DNA from: Chrysomallon squamiferum
Lineage: Eukaryota; Animalia; Mollusca
NCBI GenBank assembly: GCA_012295275.1
Contig: CM022670.1
Location: forward strand, 13,950,001-14,014,000
Length of the DNA stretch: 64,000 bases
Direction: 5' to 3'
Positions within the stretch are counted from its first letter, which is position 1; every line of letters begins with the position of its first letter. The notes below the pieces were generated by a model. That model searched no databases. It was not told where the DNA came from and saw nothing but the letters and a program-made list of their open reading frames with translations. The translations under genes were made by a program, and so were the position numbers. Below, piece by piece: positions 59,099-64,000 of the stretch.

Positions 59099-60452
59099 TT
59101 TTGCTATATGAAAAATAGGCGTTTAATGACTAAGTCTGTGAGTACGTGGTGGAATTGGAAATAAGCCACTGATCACATTGGTGTTTGTAGAGTAGAAGAT
59201 GTCAGAGTGTTTATTTAGCTTAGAAGCTGATTGCATTTTATAGGGAGATGGTCCTGCGATCTACCAGTCCTGATACTACCAGTCTAACTGCATAGAAGGA
59301 ATGTGTCTATAATTAAATAGTGGAAATAAAAATTGCCAGACGGGTAAGTACTTTTCAAAATAATATGTTATTCTTGGTACTTTATTAGATGTTAGTGTAC
59401 GTACATTTTTGTTGAAATTGTATATTTATAGTGCAAATATATCTCATGATGTAATTCAATAACGACATTTTAATGAAATTTTATGAAATAATCGAGTATT
59501 TCAAACATCTCTCTCTTTGCATCATGACATTCCAGTACATGTTGTGAAATGTTAATAGTAATAAGAATGACAGAAACAATAACAACAGTAACAACAACAA
59601 AAAAAATCGTTATGAACAATAAGTTTAAAAAATTGCAACAGTATCACCTGACATTGTCATGAACATACATTATCGACTACAACAATATTTTTTTACACAT
59701 TATCATCAATGGCAACAATAATAATACAAATAAATTAATGATAATGTTATAAAATAAATACTAATTTCAAATGAAAAAATTTAAAGAAGAAAAAAATAAA
59801 AATAAAAACACAAAAAACAACAAAAAACAAAACAAAAAAGAAAGAAAACAAAAGGAAATAAAACAAAACAAACAAATGCAGAAATATATTAATAAATATT
59901 TAAATAATTTTTTTTTTAAGATAACATTAAAAAAAATAATAATAATAATAATCTTATTAATTAAGGTAAAATGAACAATACTTACAACATCGCTTCAAGA
60001 ATATGATTGTTAACAGCATGTTAGACGTCATACCAATATGTAATAATGTTCATCTTTCGCTCTTATATATATATACCTCTAAACCATTGCAAACCGTTAT
60101 GACAGCCAGGAGTGGATCAAAGATTTCAGAAAGTAGAGGGGCGTCGTCATTATAGTGAGTGCAACTTTCACTTTGAAATGCACTAAATCAAAATTTTTAA
60201 AAAAAAAAAAAATAAAAAATAAAAAATCATCTACAAAGTTAAAAAAAAAAAAGAAAAAAAGAAAAAAAAAAGATTAAAAAAAAAAGATTTAAAAAATTAA
60301 AATAAAAATATGAATAGTAATAATTATAATAATGACAAATGAAGACGGAAAAGAATAAGGGAGCCTCGTCGGGTACTGGATATCCTTCTTGATCCGCGCC
60401 TGAAAGTTCAGCAAGTATAAAGAAATCAAAGACATTGCTGAAAACTGCATCA

Positions 60453-60546
60453 CAACATTGTGTGATGATGTCAGAAATAGATACACTAATGAGATCTCGT
60501 TCACGGCAGCTGCCAGATTAATAATAATTTCTCAGTAAGCGGAATT
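60453..60546 (+). repeat. Copy 2 of a dispersed ~90-bp direct duplication (copy 1 at 56811-56898)
   Basis: acaacattgtgtgatgatgtcagaaatagatacactaatgagatctcgttcacggcagctgccagattaataataatttctcagtaagcggaatt. Confidence 0.85.
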
Positions 60547-61399
60547 TGGTGCTTTGTAGATGTTTTTTTTTTTAATATTTGTTTTGAACTTTCTTTTTGT
60601 ATGATTACGTGTAACTAAGGTATGTAAGATTATGTAGAGAGCTGAGGCATGGTTGATCAAAGAAATCAAAAGAGCGAAGCGAGACTACGCAAGACGGCTC
60701 GTCACTGATGACCTACGAATTGCACGATCTATCCTCCCCAGGATGCCAAATTTTCCGTTCCAGACAGTGCCTCAAATTGTTGAGATTTTGTTGTTTATTT
60801 TTGGCGTTTTTATTTTTTATTACTTTTTTTTATTTTAAATTTTTAAATTTTGTTTTGATTTCATTAAAACTAAACACTTTCCTGTCTACGAAAACAAAAT
60901 GCACAAAAATGTATGAAAGAGATAAATACACAAGAAAAAGCAATAAAGAAGAAAAATTTCCGGAATGAAAACTAATATAACCATTTACGCATATACACCA
61001 TTTCTCTCATAAACACACAAAAATCAGCGAAATAATTATGTATATTAAAAATAATAAATACATTCTTTAGCCAGAATTTGTCTTGGATGCTTTGCAAGCT
61101 TTCAGAAGCCACATTTCTTCCAGTAGGTTAATAATGTCAGTGTTATCGCCAAATATTTTGATGTACTTTCTCTACATTGGCATCGTACGCGCTGTGAAAG
61201 CATTGTGTAAGCTAAATATAATGCTTATATCACAACCAGCCAATTCCTGGACAGCTCGGATGGCAGAAAATCCAGCTTGCACTCTTGGAGCAAACTATAA
61301 ACACATTTCTACATATTAGTTATTAAACGTAAATTATTCTAGCTATGGTATTTTAGGAATGTGGGTGTATTTATTTATTTCATATATATTCCTTAGTTT

Positions 61400-61470
61400 G
61401 GAATGTCGGTCTGTGGCAGAAACTCGCCTGACGTTCTAAGGAGCACAGGGATCGATTCGTGCTGATGGCG
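61400..61470 (+). mobile_element. Decayed tRNA-like SINE head
   Basis: ggaatgtcggtctgtggcagaaactcgcctga...gggatcgattcg has A-box-like and B-box-like elements at tRNA spacing. It does not fold as a cloverleaf. Confidence 0.4.
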
Positions 61471-62679
61471 TCTGAGACTGTTGTCTGTTGTAATCATCAC
61501 AGTATTTATTCATAATTTGCTTGCATCGGTATATTATCGACCATTTGGTCGTAATCTTGTTTAAATATTTATCCATTCATTCGTTATTATTTTTCACCAC
61601 TGATAAAGTGTTCTTTCTATAAAGATCGAGAAAAAGTCTATTACCTATTAGCTGTGACTTTTTTAAACATCATTATCGAGGCCTCATTAGTTGTGTGCCG
61701 TATAAAAACTAATTACAACCTCAAAGAGAAAAATGTTGTTATTTGTCTTCTGTCATGGTAATTTCATAATCATACTTTATTACTAGTAATGTTTGGTTGG
61801 GATGCAGTTTATAATTATCTGAAGGTTAACTAACTTTTTAAAAACTATTTGTTCGTAACATCATAGCTATACTCTAATCTTAATAATGTGTTTGCACTTT
61901 TTGCTGTAAGATAACGTTAAATTTAACTAAAACTGCAGAACTTGGAGATATACGTAATAAAAGATATATCTAGAAAGAAAAAAAATGAAAGAAAGAAAAC
62001 TTAAAATGAGAATGGCATAAAGTAAAAAAATAAAAAATAAAAAATAAAATAGACGTTTTTAGACCAGCTAACTGTCGTTCTTTATTGTTAGGAAAGCATG
62101 ACTACTACATGTGAAGTAAGGTTAACAGCAACGAACAGAACTCACACCTGTTTTGACACTGACCTATGATTTCTCTTACAGCGAAACATCTGACATCACC
62201 GCAAAATTACACCTTTTACACTGATTTATTCATTAGAATATCTTGTACTAAACTGTAATAATTTTTTTTATACTGTTCATCTCTGTAATAATAAGCGTAC
62301 AAATCTATAGATTAGGTGCTGAGAACCACAACGTTGATTTGAAGATGTAAAACGGACATCGTAACGAAAAGTAGCTAAGACATGTTTTTGATGAAATGGT
62401 GGAGAGAGGCAACACAGAGGGATTGACTGGGTAATCTGAGGTCAGCATACTGTTATGGTCACCACTATCGCAAAGGCTATTCGGTACGATTAGACGCAAG
62501 ATTTCTTTTATATGACCTTTGTCATTCAACCATGGCTTTTGATGAACAGTTCTGAATTTCTGACGTTCTGATGAACAGAAGAATTGGCGCATTGAAGAGG
62601 ACTGATCCTGCAGCCTGTCATGTTTCAGTTTTTCATTTTAAGCAGTAAGTTTGCTCAGACGGCAGATGCGACGCCCGTG

Positions 62680-62712
<33 letters not shown>

Positions 62713-62987
62713 ACGTAAGACGTAAGAATGGCATATTATTAAATCAATAAGCCATAGCATACGTGTTGCTCCAGTATTTAGACTGCGATGAATATAATTT
62801 TTCATTATAATAAACAAACAAACAAACAAATAAACAAACAAACAAACAAATAAATAAATAAATAAATAAATAAATAAATGAAAAACGAAATTATAGCTTG
62901 CATATGGAATATGCCACCAGTTGTTCTTATGTAGTAATTAAATTCGATAATTAGATTTTCTTTGTTCTAAATGAAAACAGTAAAAAA

Positions 62988-63027
<40 letters not shown>

Positions 63028-64000
63028 TGCTGTCGATAATGTTGTTCATGACAATGTTAGGTAACACTGTTGCTATTTTTTAATTTGCGTCAAATATAAT
63101 TTACCTCATTGATTTTCCGATGACAATATTAACAAAATAATAATAATAAAAAACAATAATAAATAAAAATAAATAAATAAATATGTTTTGCGAATTACGC
63201 TTATTCATACTCATCGGAAAAGTATGTTGGTGGTAAATTTGTTAAAATAGTTATTATTTCTTACCTTCTTATTTTCATTTTTTATTTTTTCTCCCCATCA
63301 TTTCAAACATAATGCAATTTACTCATATTCTATAAATAAACTGGTGGAGAATAGCTGAGGTGGGTAAAACAGAATTTGATGAAGATTTACACCAATCAGT
63401 AATTACCAACAGACACAGTTTAGCAGACGACGTATCACGTGACCAGATATAACCAACACAGCAACTGAACCTTCTGTTGTTAGGCATTATTTTCTTTATT
63501 GCTTTTCAAAACACAAGAGTTCTTTCTAAAAGAGCACTGAACTCTTCACTTGTAAATATTGTCGCAAATAACTTTGGCGATCAACGACCTCCAAACTAAA
63601 ATTCTTTCAATTTACCAGAACTAGATAACAGGTTGTTATTTTTTTCTTCTATTTTTTGAATATTTTTTTTTTTTGTGTTTGTTTTGTTTTAGTCCTAGCA
63701 GATGACTGCAAGATAACGTTCTATCCCTACAAATCTTGCTAATTATACTGATTATCGTCTGCTCGCTGACTGAATACAACGGCTCATTTTAACAACAAAT
63801 ATCAAAGTTGGCTGCTGCGTTGGTGTAAGATCTTAAGATATAGTTAACTAAAGTAGACAATGTGTTGCAAATATCAGACAGACTGAAACATATTAAGCTA
63901 ATTCAGACGGATGCGCAAAAAAAATCTTGAACTTTAGGTAGGCCTTCGCGTAGTAAGAATGAGTGATTAATGAACATCAATGCATTTCAGTACACCGGTC

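Noticed and set aside
60653-60720. IKEIKRAKRDYARRL resembles a LINE ORF2 linker motif
   Set aside because: Only ~15 residues, with no endonuclease or reverse-transcriptase motifs on either side.
61400-61470. Possible tRNA gene
   Set aside because: Only degenerate A/B boxes, with no acceptor stem or cloverleaf. Treated as a SINE head.

Overview
AT-rich, microsatellite-dense animal genomic DNA, probably molluscan (inferred from a recurring SINE family and a mosaic CpG pattern). The window holds the 5' part of a minus-strand ARHGAP6/ARHGAP36 (RhoGAP102A-like) gene. Three exons splice in frame: a 1476-nt first coding exon (46264-44789), exon 2 (8950-8794) and exon 3 (888-766). The RhoGAP domain would lie beyond the left edge. 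The ~35.8-kb first intron contains an intact 114-nt, phase 1-1 calcium-binding EGF exon on the opposite strand (28147-28260), which the ORF track misses. It suggests a nested antisense gene or a captured exon, in the intron position where tetrapod ARHGAP6 hosts amelogenin. Other signals: an internal acceptor and perfect-Kozak ATG inside exon 1, two candidate microexons at 3.8-3.9 kb, and a sharp drop in CpG density below ~8.3 kb that may mark an internal promoter. Most listed ORFs are microsatellite or low-complexity artefacts.
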